Source: Deltaproteobacteria bacterium (GTDB lineage: Bacteria; Desulfobacterota; Desulfobacteria; Desulfobacterales; C00003060). From it: a stretch of DNA of 64,000 nt. The DNA lies in NCBI GenBank assembly GCA_003647275.1, contig QMMN01000008.1:1675-65674 (forward strand), read 5' to 3'. Made by a program: the position numbers and the translations under genes. Position 1 is the stretch's first letter; each line of letters opens with the position of its first letter. The notes under the pieces are model-generated. The model was not told the origin of the DNA. It made no database searches and saw only the letters and a program-made list of their open reading frames with translations. Shown one piece after another: positions 49,473 to 58,430 of the stretch.

Positions 49473-49569
49473 ATTTCTATGAATGGGGTGATCGTTGGGA
49501 AGTCTTATATGGCACGGGTACATACATCCCAAAAACATTACTTTCAATACCATGAATATTTAAGAGGTT

Positions 49570-50757
49570 ATGAATAAAGAGATTATGAATAAAAAGGTAT
49601 TCAGCACCCTGTTTCTGGCTGTTTTTTCTGTCACGCTTGGGGTGGGCCTGGTCGTTCCGTTGCTGCCTGTATATGCCTATGAACTGGGTGCGACAGGACT
49701 CTATATTGGCTTTATCTTTGGCGCCTTTTCTCTCTCCAGAACGGCCTTCCTCCCTTACTTTGGCCACCTGTCAGACCTCAAGGGGAGAAAGCCTTTTATT
49801 ACAGCCGGGCTTCTGGCCTATTTCTTGGTTTCCATCGCGTATGTGTTGTCAAAAGATGTGAATTTCTTTATTGCAATTCGTTTTTTTCAGGGGATTGCCT
49901 CGGCCATGATCCTGCCGGTGGCCCAGGCCTATGTCGGGGAGATCACACCCAAGCACAAAGAGGGTTTTGTGATGGGTCTGTTCAATGTTTCCCTTTATGG
50001 GGGTCTGAGTATCGGACCGCTTGTGGGTGGTATGGTCAAGGACACCTTTGGCATCCAGTCCTCTTTTTTAAGCATGGGACTGGTCTCTTTGGTTGGCTTT
50101 CTGCTCTGCCTTATCTTTCTCCCGCCGAGGGGACAAGAAAAGCTTCATACGCTGGCCAAACCGCCACTTCGCTACAGAATCCTCATCAGGAACAAATACA
50201 TCGGTGCCCTTTTCATGTTTCGCCTGGCCTACACTGCCTGCATAGGGATTGTATGGGCCTTTTTGCCCTTGTTTGCCCATGCGCGGTTCAAACTATCAAG
50301 TTCTGCCATCGGGGTCTTGGTCATGTTGGGGGTACTCACAAGCGGTCTGTTGCAGACCCCGATGGGCGTGTTGGCAGATCGGTTCAACAAGAGAGCCCTT
50401 ATCGCAATAGGGGGTCTGGTATCGGCAGGGGCTGTTTTTTCCTTTGTTCATGTGCAAGGATTTTGGGGGCTCTTTGTGGGCAATATCCTGTTTGGGGTAG
50501 GCGGAGGCATTGCCGTACCGGCTGTGATGGCCATGACGGTCATCATAGGGCGCCGGACCGATTCCATGGGCTCTGTCATGGCGCTTTTGACCATGGGGCA
50601 CAGCCTCGGCATGCTTACAGGCCCCATTCTGGCAGGGATTATGATGGATGCCTTTCAACTGGGACTGGCTTTTATGGGAGGAACGGTCGTGATGGTGACT
50701 GGCGTTGCTGTTGTCCTGGTGTTGACTTCTGGGTTCCAAGCCTGGGCTGAAGAATGA
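49570..50757 (+). CDS. MFS transporter
   Basis: 395 aa with about 12 hydrophobic segments. The GHLSDLKGRKP loop matches the MFS motif A position. Confidence 0.85.
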   Translation: MNKEIMNKKVFSTLFLAVFSVTLGVGLVVPLLPVYAYELGATGLYIGFIFGAFSLSRTAFLPYFGHLSDLKGRKPFITAGLLAYFLVSIAYVLSKDVNFFIAIRFFQGIASAMILPVAQAYVGEITPKHKEGFVMGLFNVSLYGGLSIGPLVGGMVKDTFGIQSSFLSMGLVSLVGFLLCLIFLPPRGQEKLHTLAKPPLRYRILIRNKYIGALFMFRLAYTACIGIVWAFLPLFAHARFKLSSSAIGVLVMLGVLTSGLLQTPMGVLADRFNKRALIAIGGLVSAGAVFSFVHVQGFWGLFVGNILFGVGGGIAVPAVMAMTVIIGRRTDSMGSVMALLTMGHSLGMLTGPILAGIMMDAFQLGLAFMGGTVVMVTGVAVVLVLTSGFQAWAEE

Positions 50758-50908
50758 GTCTATTCCTGGCAAGGTGGCTTAGCGTCACTCTTATGCGGCT
50801 ATGTGACGGCTCAAGCGGGAGTCATTGACAATAGGCCGATGGTGGTTTACCTTATTGCAGTTATAAAATCATATATTATATGCGTTCCTAAGATGAGAGG
50901 CGATCACA

Positions 50909-51742
50909 ATGAAATCCCAGACTTGTGAAACGATGACCATTGGTTCAACAGAAATCATGCTGGCCCAGCCCGCTGAGCTGCCGCTGAAATGGGTGGGGCA
51001 AAAAGAATTGATCAAGCAGGTGCTGGCGGCATGGATGGTTATTGACGAAAAGGATGTTCCTTTCAATCCCCGGCTGATCGGAAAGCCCGGCGTGGGAAAG
51101 ACGACCCTGGGATATGCGGCCGCCAAACAACTGAACAAAGAAGTCTACCTGTTTCAGGCCACCATGGACACGCGTCCCGAGGATTTGATCATCACGCCCG
51201 TGATGGGGGCTGACGGCCAGGTCAAATACGCTGCAAGCTCCCTTGTCACAGCCATGATACGGGGCGGGGTGTGCATCCTGGACGAAGGGAACCGGATGAG
51301 CGAGAGATCCTGGGCCTCTCTGGCACCACTCTTAGATGATCGTCGGTATGTGGAGTCTATCATTACTGGCTTGACCATACCGGCTGATTCCAACTTCAGG
51401 TTTGTCGTCACGATTAATGAAGATGCTTCTACTTATGAAATCCCCGAATATATCCATTCCAGACTTCAGCCTCAAATCTTTATCGATTTCCCAGATCGGG
51501 AAGACGAATTGTTGATCCTGAAAGAGAATCTCCCCTTTGCCGACGAGGACATTCTAAACTACATGGTCGATTTTCTCCAGCGAGCCCACATGGCCGATGA
51601 GGTCTATTCCGTCCGGGACGGGATCAACATGGCCAGGTACGCCCTGAAGATGATGCATGGCACGCGAATGACGAAAACAGAAGCCATCCACCGCGCCATC
51701 CTGACCGTGCTCGGCGACGAGGGTCTGCAGTATGAAGTATAA
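50909..51742 (+). CDS. MoxR/CbbQ-like AAA_5 family ATPase
   Basis: Walker A GKPGVGKTT and Walker B VCILDEGNR. A short single-AAA module of 277 aa. Confidence 0.85.
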   Translation: MKSQTCETMTIGSTEIMLAQPAELPLKWVGQKELIKQVLAAWMVIDEKDVPFNPRLIGKPGVGKTTLGYAAAKQLNKEVYLFQATMDTRPEDLIITPVMGADGQVKYAASSLVTAMIRGGVCILDEGNRMSERSWASLAPLLDDRRYVESIITGLTIPADSNFRFVVTINEDASTYEIPEYIHSRLQPQIFIDFPDREDELLILKENLPFADEDILNYMVDFLQRAHMADEVYSVRDGINMARYALKMMHGTRMTKTEAIHRAILTVLGDEGLQYEV

Positions 51743-51744
51743 AG

Positions 51745-53694
51745 ATGAGCAGTGACCATCTACAACCTTTTGGCCCCGTCCATCCGGTCCCAATCGTCCA
51801 TTTCAGCTTAGAATTTGCTGATGCGGTCCGGCACCTGTTCCAACATCTCAGGCCGGACGCTGTGGCCGTGGAACTTCCTCACTCACTTCAGGATGTGGTC
51901 CAAAAAGGTGTACAGCGACTTCCCGAGATTTCGGTCGTGCTCTATCAGAATAACAGGGCAGAGACCATCTACCTTCCGATCGAACCCACGGACCCTGTCG
52001 TAGAAGCGATCCGATCCGGCCTGGAGGCTGATGTGCCTGTCCATTTTGTGGATCTGGATCTTGATGAATATCATTCCTATCGCGATTATGTCCCAGACAC
52101 CTATGCCGCCTACCGTTTGGGGATTAAGGCCTACTTTGACATCTATTCAAAGGAGGTCCTTCCCATGCTTAAGAAAGGCCCGGCAGATATAAGGCGCGAG
52201 GCTGGTATGGCCTACCGCCTCCAGAAGCTTGCGGCCAAATATAACAAGATCCTCTTTGTCTGTGGGCTCGCCCATCTTGAAGGCGTCAAGGCAGCATTTT
52301 TTCGCCCGCAGGCCGAGCCCCTTGAAAGGATAAAACGAAGCGGGGTTAGCCTCTTTCATCTGCACCCGGAAGATCTCCCTGAAGTCATGACCGAACACCC
52401 TTTTTTGGCTGCCGTATATGAATACCGAAGGGGTGGACTTCCACCCAAACCTGAACTTTCTAAATTTACGGTTCGCAAGAAGATGGGTGTCCTCACCTTG
52501 ATGAGTGGCGGCAAGGATACATGTTCTGAAGAGGAGGCCTTGGATGCCTCAATACGCTGGACCGTGCACCACATCAAGCCGGGTCCAGTGGACCGTCAGC
52601 TGATCAGCTACCGTCTCTTTGAGCAGGCAGCCCGGCATTATCGCCAGGATACGGGGGAGGAAGTCTACCCCTGGCAGAAGCGGGCCTTTTTCCGTTTTTC
52701 AAGAAATTACGCCTTCCTGGAGAACCGGCTCCTACCTGATTTTTATCAACTTCTGATTACAGCCCGAGGATGCGTGGACGACAACTTTTGCTATGCGTTC
52801 TGGCGCTTGGGGTCCTTTTATCCTTGGCAAAAGCCCCAGGCTAACATTGCCACCATCCGCATCAGTGGGGAGATGCTGTGGCTGGGGACTCGAAAGATTC
52901 ATATCCGTAGGAGGCTTCCAAGGATCAAACGCCAGCCAGTCTATATCCCCAAAAAGCGCCGAATGAAGGAGCGCAGACCCGGAGAATGGCTCGAGGGTTT
53001 TGCCGATCCCCACATTTGCTCATACCCGCCCGAGGACATTATCATTGAAGACTATAGCCATTTTCTCAAAAGCAAGGGGGCCCATGTCCTGTCGGCCGAT
53101 GATGCGGTCTCAGTGCCTTTTGAAACCACGATTTTGGATGGGATTGATATGCGGGAGACAGTAAGGCACATCCACGAGGGGCGTATCTATGTGCGGGAGT
53201 TCAAGCGCATAAAGGGGGGCGTTGGATCAGTGGTCGTTATCTTTGACGAGGACAAAAACGAGGACAGGTACCCCTACCTGATGACATGGCTTGGGGAACA
53301 TGACCAGGAATCGGACATGGCCTTTTATGCGACGGACCCTGCGGATCACATTGTGGGACCCGGGATCTCCCGGTGCACCTACGGAGGCTTTTTGATGACC
53401 TATCCGCCTCTTCGACTTGCTGATGTTTGGGGAGATCCAGAGTATGACTGGGCCCAGACCAAGGCAGAGCGGCTCCTTTTGGCTGGGCTGGAATACAGCC
53501 TGGAAAAGCACGTTGTCTATGTTGCTAAGGCGCCACCGAGGTCCTTTATCAAGCAGGTGGCAGGTCGATGGGGCAAACGCCTGGTCTACATCCCGATCGG
53601 CCAACTTTCTCCCATCAAGTTAAAACAGATCCGCACCCTACATGTACTGGCAGGCAAAGACAAACGTGAGATTGCCAAGGATTACATCTGGTGA
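51745..53694 (+). CDS. 649-aa protein with N-terminal TraB/ChaN/GumN-like domain, coupled to the AAA ATPase
   Basis: Starts 2 nt after the ATPase stop. IVHFSLEFADAVRHLFQHLRPDAVAVELP and ILFVCGLAHLEGV parallel the TraB-family GTAHVS...PDxVxVEL and GAGHxxG blocks. The remaining roughly 450 aa are unrecognised. Confidence 0.7.
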   Translation: MSSDHLQPFGPVHPVPIVHFSLEFADAVRHLFQHLRPDAVAVELPHSLQDVVQKGVQRLPEISVVLYQNNRAETIYLPIEPTDPVVEAIRSGLEADVPVHFVDLDLDEYHSYRDYVPDTYAAYRLGIKAYFDIYSKEVLPMLKKGPADIRREAGMAYRLQKLAAKYNKILFVCGLAHLEGVKAAFFRPQAEPLERIKRSGVSLFHLHPEDLPEVMTEHPFLAAVYEYRRGGLPPKPELSKFTVRKKMGVLTLMSGGKDTCSEEEALDASIRWTVHHIKPGPVDRQLISYRLFEQAARHYRQDTGEEVYPWQKRAFFRFSRNYAFLENRLLPDFYQLLITARGCVDDNFCYAFWRLGSFYPWQKPQANIATIRISGEMLWLGTRKIHIRRRLPRIKRQPVYIPKKRRMKERRPGEWLEGFADPHICSYPPEDIIIEDYSHFLKSKGAHVLSADDAVSVPFETTILDGIDMRETVRHIHEGRIYVREFKRIKGGVGSVVVIFDEDKNEDRYPYLMTWLGEHDQESDMAFYATDPADHIVGPGISRCTYGGFLMTYPPLRLADVWGDPEYDWAQTKAERLLLAGLEYSLEKHVVYVAKAPPRSFIKQVAGRWGKRLVYIPIGQLSPIKLKQIRTLHVLAGKDKREIAKDYIW

Positions 53695-53907
53695 GAGCAG
53701 ATTACCTTTGTTGGCCTTGAGGCGCTTCCTTTTTTTCAACGTCTTGTATATGCTTGCCAACCTGGCAGGCACTTCTCAGTCAAGTGGAAATCCCGAGCTT
53801 TGGCAGGACATAAACCTGAAGCAAGAACCAGACAAGGAAAACGGCCAGTATAATCCATATTGTGGACATTTTATTTCCCTTCAGCCAACGGCTGAGATTG
53901 TTCAGGC

Positions 53908-54117
53908 TCAAGAGAAGCCCCTGGAAGATGTGACGCATGAAGATGACACAGAGGTCCCGGGCCTAGTAGCGCTAGTGCTCGAAGAAAAGATTGACAGAAG
54001 ACGCTCTGGCTTTGGGGCCCCGCATTTGGGACACGCCATTGGCCTCTTGTCGCTTGAAAAGACAATTTGCTCAAATTCGTGACCACATTTGGCACACCGA
54101 AATTCATACAATGGCAT
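53908..54117 (-). CDS. FmdB-family zinc-ribbon protein
   Basis: MPLYEFRCAKCGHEFE...CPKCG (CxxC...CxxC). Confidence 0.85.
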   Translation of the reverse strand: MPLYEFRCAKCGHEFEQIVFSSDKRPMACPKCGAPKPERLLSIFSSSTSATRPGTSVSSSCVTSSRGFS

Positions 54118-54250
54118 TCAGACCCCCTTGTCATGGATGAACGACTTTTGGCCTAAAGTATCGAAACAAACACCCGCATAGTAAAATTATTAACCATTCT
54201 TTGCGGTTTTTCAAGTTCTATTACTGTTTTTTTTATAAGGTCTGCTGACA

Positions 54251-54664
54251 ATGATCAAGAAGTATCTACCCTGGCTCATCGCCTTGGTATATTTTATCAA
54301 TCCTTATGATGTGGTACCGGATTTTATCCTGGGTCCCGGGTGGCTGGATGACCTTGCACTGCTTGGTTTTGTCCTGTGGTGGGTATCCAGACAGAAAAGG
54401 GCCTATCAGGCGCGCAGCACCTCCTCGGCATATGCAAGAAAAGAGCAGGGGGCGTCCGGCGGAGAGGAGACCCCCGAAGAAGACCCGTACGAGATACTCT
54501 CTATTCAGCGAGATGCCTCTCAGCAAGAGATCAAGGCCGCCTATAAGAGGCTTGCCGCCCAATATCATCCCGATAAGGTTCAGCACCTGGGCAAGGAATT
54601 TCAAGAGCTTGCCCACAAAAAGTTTGTGGCCATTCAGAAAGCCTACGATATACTCATGAAGTGA
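54251..54664 (+). CDS. J-domain protein with N-terminal DUF1232-like membrane segment
   Basis: INPYDVVPDFILGPGWLDDL (DUF1232 pattern), then DPYEILSIQRDASQQEIKAAYKRLAAQYHPDK (J domain with HPD). Confidence 0.85.
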   Translation: MIKKYLPWLIALVYFINPYDVVPDFILGPGWLDDLALLGFVLWWVSRQKRAYQARSTSSAYARKEQGASGGEETPEEDPYEILSIQRDASQQEIKAAYKRLAAQYHPDKVQHLGKEFQELAHKKFVAIQKAYDILMK

Positions 54665-54821
54665 CAATTTTATACTCGTTGCATCACCATGTTTCGGATG
54701 GTGAATCCACAGGCAAAAATATACGTATGCGCGGGGTGTTTGTATCCTCGTAATTTGCAGTCTATGATCTTTGAAGCGGCGGGGCTGAATACTGGGAATT
54801 CCGCCAGTCAGATTATTCCTG

Positions 54822-55697
54822 TTACTCGGTACCTACAAAGAACGGTCGAAACTCAGACTCATCCCTTTCAAGGGCACGGCTTATTTCTTCCATGAGCCTT
54901 GGCTTGTCATGAGGGAGGCGGCCGCACAGGTTGATGTAGTTTGTGTAGTGATCACTGGTTAGTGTCGTGGCGATCGTGAGACGCTCAAGGAGGGATGCTG
55001 TTTCCTTTAATACCCCGTGAGGGGTGAGCATTTTAAATCGCCCCTCCATGACCTCTTCCAAAAGCGGGGTGTTGATCTTGGGCACAAAGGTGCGCAGCCG
55101 CAGAAAATCGGGTGCGATTTCATTGATCACGCGGGCTGTTTCCTTTGCATGCTCACGGGTCCTTTCCCGGCCTCCGATTCCCAAAATCACATAAAGGCTG
55201 AGTTCGATACCTGCGGCCATGGCCCACCTGCCTGCCTCTATCTGCTGCTGTGCATGCGTTCCCTTTTTGATCCGTTTCAGTATGACGTCATCCCCTGATT
55301 CGAGCCCCACATGAATCCGCCCAAGTCCAGCCCGGGCCAATTGTTCAAGCTGCTTTGGCCCTTTCATATGAATAAACTGCGAGGACCCGTAAACCGTGAT
55401 CCGCTCAAGGGATGGAAAGGTGGCCCTGGCAAAACAGCATATTTCAGCCAAATCTTTTGTCTTCATAGCGATGGTGTTCCCCGCTGGAAAAAACAGGGTG
55501 TGCACATGCGGGCCGCAGATCTCTCTGGCTTCAAGCATATCTTCCTTAACATCCTTAACCGGCCTGACGCGGTACCTGGGACCGTTCTTGTACACCATGC
55601 AGAAAGTGCACCGGTTGTGAGGGCACCCGATCGTGGCCTGGATCAGCAAGGAATTTGCCTCACTGGGCGGGCGATATATAGGCCCTTCGTAACGCAT
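54822..55697 (-). CDS. radical SAM protein with Cx4Cx2C cluster motif
   Basis: MRYEGPIYRPPSEANSLLIQATIGCPHNRCTFCMVY. ATG at 55697 is preferred over 55724. Confidence 0.75.
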   Translation of the reverse strand: MRYEGPIYRPPSEANSLLIQATIGCPHNRCTFCMVYKNGPRYRVRPVKDVKEDMLEAREICGPHVHTLFFPAGNTIAMKTKDLAEICCFARATFPSLERITVYGSSQFIHMKGPKQLEQLARAGLGRIHVGLESGDDVILKRIKKGTHAQQQIEAGRWAMAAGIELSLYVILGIGGRERTREHAKETARVINEIAPDFLRLRTFVPKINTPLLEEVMEGRFKMLTPHGVLKETASLLERLTIATTLTSDHYTNYINLCGRLPHDKPRLMEEISRALERDESEFRPFFVGTE

Positions 55698-55799
55698 AGA
55701 CAAGCCTTGATTTTTCTTGAACAACCATCGCGAGTTTGATAATTTACTTAATCTCTAAAAACATTTTTAACCTTTTGAGTTTTTTCTATTATAAAACAC

Positions 55800-56891
55800 A
55801 TGTCGTTCATTGCAAGGCGCAAACAAACCCGGCAGATATCCATTGGCGGAGTGAAGGTTGGGGGGAACGCTCCGATTACCGTCCAATCGATGACCAATAC
55901 CTTCACCCACGATGTGGCTGCCACGGTGGCACAGATTCACCGCCTGGAAGCTGTGGGATGTGAGCTTGTCCGTGTGGCAGTGCCGGATCAGGCAGCCGCA
56001 GAGGCCATCGCCTCCATCAAACACCAGATCTCCATCCCCCTGATTGCTGATATTCATTTTGATTATCGGTTGGCCTTGGCTGCGGTCAGGGCAGGCGCAG
56101 ATGCCTTGCGGATTAATCCGGGCAATATTGGGGGGGCCAGGAACCTGAAGGCCGTGGCCAAGCAGGCTAAGGAGCGAGGCATTCCTATTCGTGTGGGGGT
56201 GAACGCCGGTTCACTTGAAAAAGACCTTCTCAAGAAATACGGCGGCTGCACCCCTCAGGCCATGGTGGAGAGCGCGCTGCGGCACGTCGCGTTGCTCAGA
56301 TCATTTGATTTTCATGACATCAAGGTTTCCATCAAGGCATCGGATGTGCTGAGAACCGTAGAGGCTTACCGGTTACTTTCTTCTCAGATCGACCTTCCTC
56401 TCCATGTGGGCGTGACTGAAGCGGGAAGCCTGTTTTCAGGCACGGTTAAGTCCGCCCTGGGTATTGGTATCCTCCTTGCCGAGGGGATCGGTGACACCAT
56501 CCGGGTCTCCCTTACCCGGGATCCGGTGGATGAGGTCCGCGTCGGATTTGAGATATTAAAGGCCTTGAAGATCCGGCAACATGGCCCGGAAATCGTTTCA
56601 TGCCCTACGTGCGGCCGGTGTGAGATTGACTTGGTTGAGATTGTTGAGCGCGTGGAGTTGGCCCTGCTCACCAGTACCATCCCTGTACAGCTTGCCATCA
56701 TGGGATGCGTGGTGAACGGACCAGGGGAGGCACGGGAGGCTGACATCGGGATCGCCGGCGGCAAAGGTCATGGGGTCCTTTTCAAAAAGGGGAAGGTCGT
56801 GCGGAAAGTGAAAGAGCAAAGTCTGGTTGAGGTTCTTCTTAAGGAAGTGGAAGCTTATGAAGCGAGGCATTCAGATGGGAAAAGAAAATAA
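55800..56891 (+). CDS. ispG: 4-hydroxy-3-methylbut-2-en-1-yl diphosphate synthase
   Basis: RQISIGGVKVGGNAPITVQSMTNT...SCPTCGR...MGCVVNGPGE. Confidence 0.95.
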   Translation: MSFIARRKQTRQISIGGVKVGGNAPITVQSMTNTFTHDVAATVAQIHRLEAVGCELVRVAVPDQAAAEAIASIKHQISIPLIADIHFDYRLALAAVRAGADALRINPGNIGGARNLKAVAKQAKERGIPIRVGVNAGSLEKDLLKKYGGCTPQAMVESALRHVALLRSFDFHDIKVSIKASDVLRTVEAYRLLSSQIDLPLHVGVTEAGSLFSGTVKSALGIGILLAEGIGDTIRVSLTRDPVDEVRVGFEILKALKIRQHGPEIVSCPTCGRCEIDLVEIVERVELALLTSTIPVQLAIMGCVVNGPGEAREADIGIAGGKGHGVLFKKGKVVRKVKEQSLVEVLLKEVEAYEARHSDGKRK

Positions 56892-58401
56892 AGTACAAAC
56901 AGCAATCACACCAACACGGAGCCAGGACTACCCGGAATGGTATCAGCAAGTGGTGAAGGCATCAGAGCTGGCTGAAAACTCATCCGTACGGGGATGCATG
57001 GTGATTAAGCCTTGGGGCTATGCCCTCTGGGAAAACATAAGGTGCGTATTGGACAACATGTTTAAGCAGACAGGGGTGAAGAATGCCTATTTCCCCTTGT
57101 TCATTCCGAAACGGTTTCTTGAAAAAGAAGCAGAACATGTGGAGGGCTTTGCCAAAGAATGTGCTGTTGTAACCCATCATCGTTTGCAAGAAGGACAGGA
57201 TGGGCGCCTGATACCGGCCGGACAGCTCGAGGAGCCCTTGGTGGTAAGGCCCACATCTGAAACCATTATCGGAGAGTCTTTCTCAAAGTGGGTCAGCAGC
57301 TACCGGGATCTCCCCCTGCTCATCAACCAGTGGTGTAACGTGGTCAGGTGGGAAATGAGGACACGCATCTTCTTAAGGACCAGTGAATTTCTGTGGCAAG
57401 AAGGCCACACTGCCCATGCCACACGGGAAGAGGCTATGGAGAGAACCCTTCAGATGCTCGATAGTTATGCGAAGCTCGCAGAAAGCTATCTTGCCATCCC
57501 TGTCATTAGAGGGGAAAAGACGGATTCTGAGCGATTTCCCGGTGCCGTCAATACATTCACGCTTGAAGCGATGATGCAGGATCGAAAGGCTCTGCAGACT
57601 GGAACATCTCATTTCCTAGGACAAAATTTTGCAAGGGCCTCTGAGATCAAATACCAGTCTGCGCAGGAAAAAGAAGAATATGCCTGGACCACATCCTGGG
57701 GGGTTTCCACCCGTCTCATTGGTGCGATTATTATGACGCACGGCGATGACAACGGGCTGGTGCTTCCACCCATGATTGCATCATCTCACGTGGTTTTGAT
57801 GCCTATCATTAAGAAACCCGAGGACAGAAGCCCGGTCATGGAGTTTACCCATGCCCTGGCCAAGGCATTAAGGGAGCAACATTACCATGGTCGTAAGATC
57901 GAAGTTGAAATTGATGATCGGGAGATTGGTGGTGGGAAAGGATGGGACTGGATCAAGAAAGGCATACCGGTCCGCGTGGAGATAGGCCCAAGAGATATTG
58001 CCCAGAATTCGGTCTTTGTAGGCCGAAGAGATAAGGGACCCAGAGAAAAGGAATCGATCCCGCGGGATCAGTTTATCAAAACGATCGTTCTGATGTTGGA
58101 TGAGATTCAAGATAACCTGTTTGATCGGGCATTGCGACTTAGACAAGAAAACACCCGCCACATTGATTCCAAAGAGGATTTTTATACCTTTTTTACACCC
58201 AAGAATCCGGAAAAACCCGAGATCCACGGGGGGTTTGCCCTTGCCCACTGGTGTGGCAGCCAAAGGTGCGAAGAAAAAATCAAGGCGGACTTGAGTGTGA
58301 CGATTCGCTGTATCCCTCAGGATGCTGAACAGGAGACAGGAAGTTGTATTGCTTGTGGGGATAAGAGCACGCAGCGCGTGATCTTTGCCAAGGCGTACTA
58401 A
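56875..58401 (+). CDS. proS: proline--tRNA ligase (archaeal/eukaryote-like type)
   Basis: DYPEWYQQVV...AYFPLFIP...HFLGQNFA, and a C-terminal Zn-type CIACG...FAKAY end. ATG at 56875 overlaps the ispG end. Confidence 0.9.
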   Translation: MGKENKVQTAITPTRSQDYPEWYQQVVKASELAENSSVRGCMVIKPWGYALWENIRCVLDNMFKQTGVKNAYFPLFIPKRFLEKEAEHVEGFAKECAVVTHHRLQEGQDGRLIPAGQLEEPLVVRPTSETIIGESFSKWVSSYRDLPLLINQWCNVVRWEMRTRIFLRTSEFLWQEGHTAHATREEAMERTLQMLDSYAKLAESYLAIPVIRGEKTDSERFPGAVNTFTLEAMMQDRKALQTGTSHFLGQNFARASEIKYQSAQEKEEYAWTTSWGVSTRLIGAIIMTHGDDNGLVLPPMIASSHVVLMPIIKKPEDRSPVMEFTHALAKALREQHYHGRKIEVEIDDREIGGGKGWDWIKKGIPVRVEIGPRDIAQNSVFVGRRDKGPREKESIPRDQFIKTIVLMLDEIQDNLFDRALRLRQENTRHIDSKEDFYTFFTPKNPEKPEIHGGFALAHWCGSQRCEEKIKADLSVTIRCIPQDAEQETGSCIACGDKSTQRVIFAKAY

Positions 58402-58430
58402 CCCACGCCACTTCCTAACGAATCCTGCAT

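Noticed and set aside
53780-53869. 29-aa hydrophobic ORF (MSTIWIILAVFLVWFLLQVYVLPKLGIST) downstream of the FmdB-like gene on the minus strand
   Set aside because: It is too short to support from sequence alone and has no clear RBS. I note it only as a possible small membrane peptide.
53642-54082. 146-aa plus-strand ORF overlapping the FmdB-like gene
   Set aside because: It overlaps a clear zinc-ribbon CDS on the opposite strand and has no motifs. It starts inside the preceding gene.
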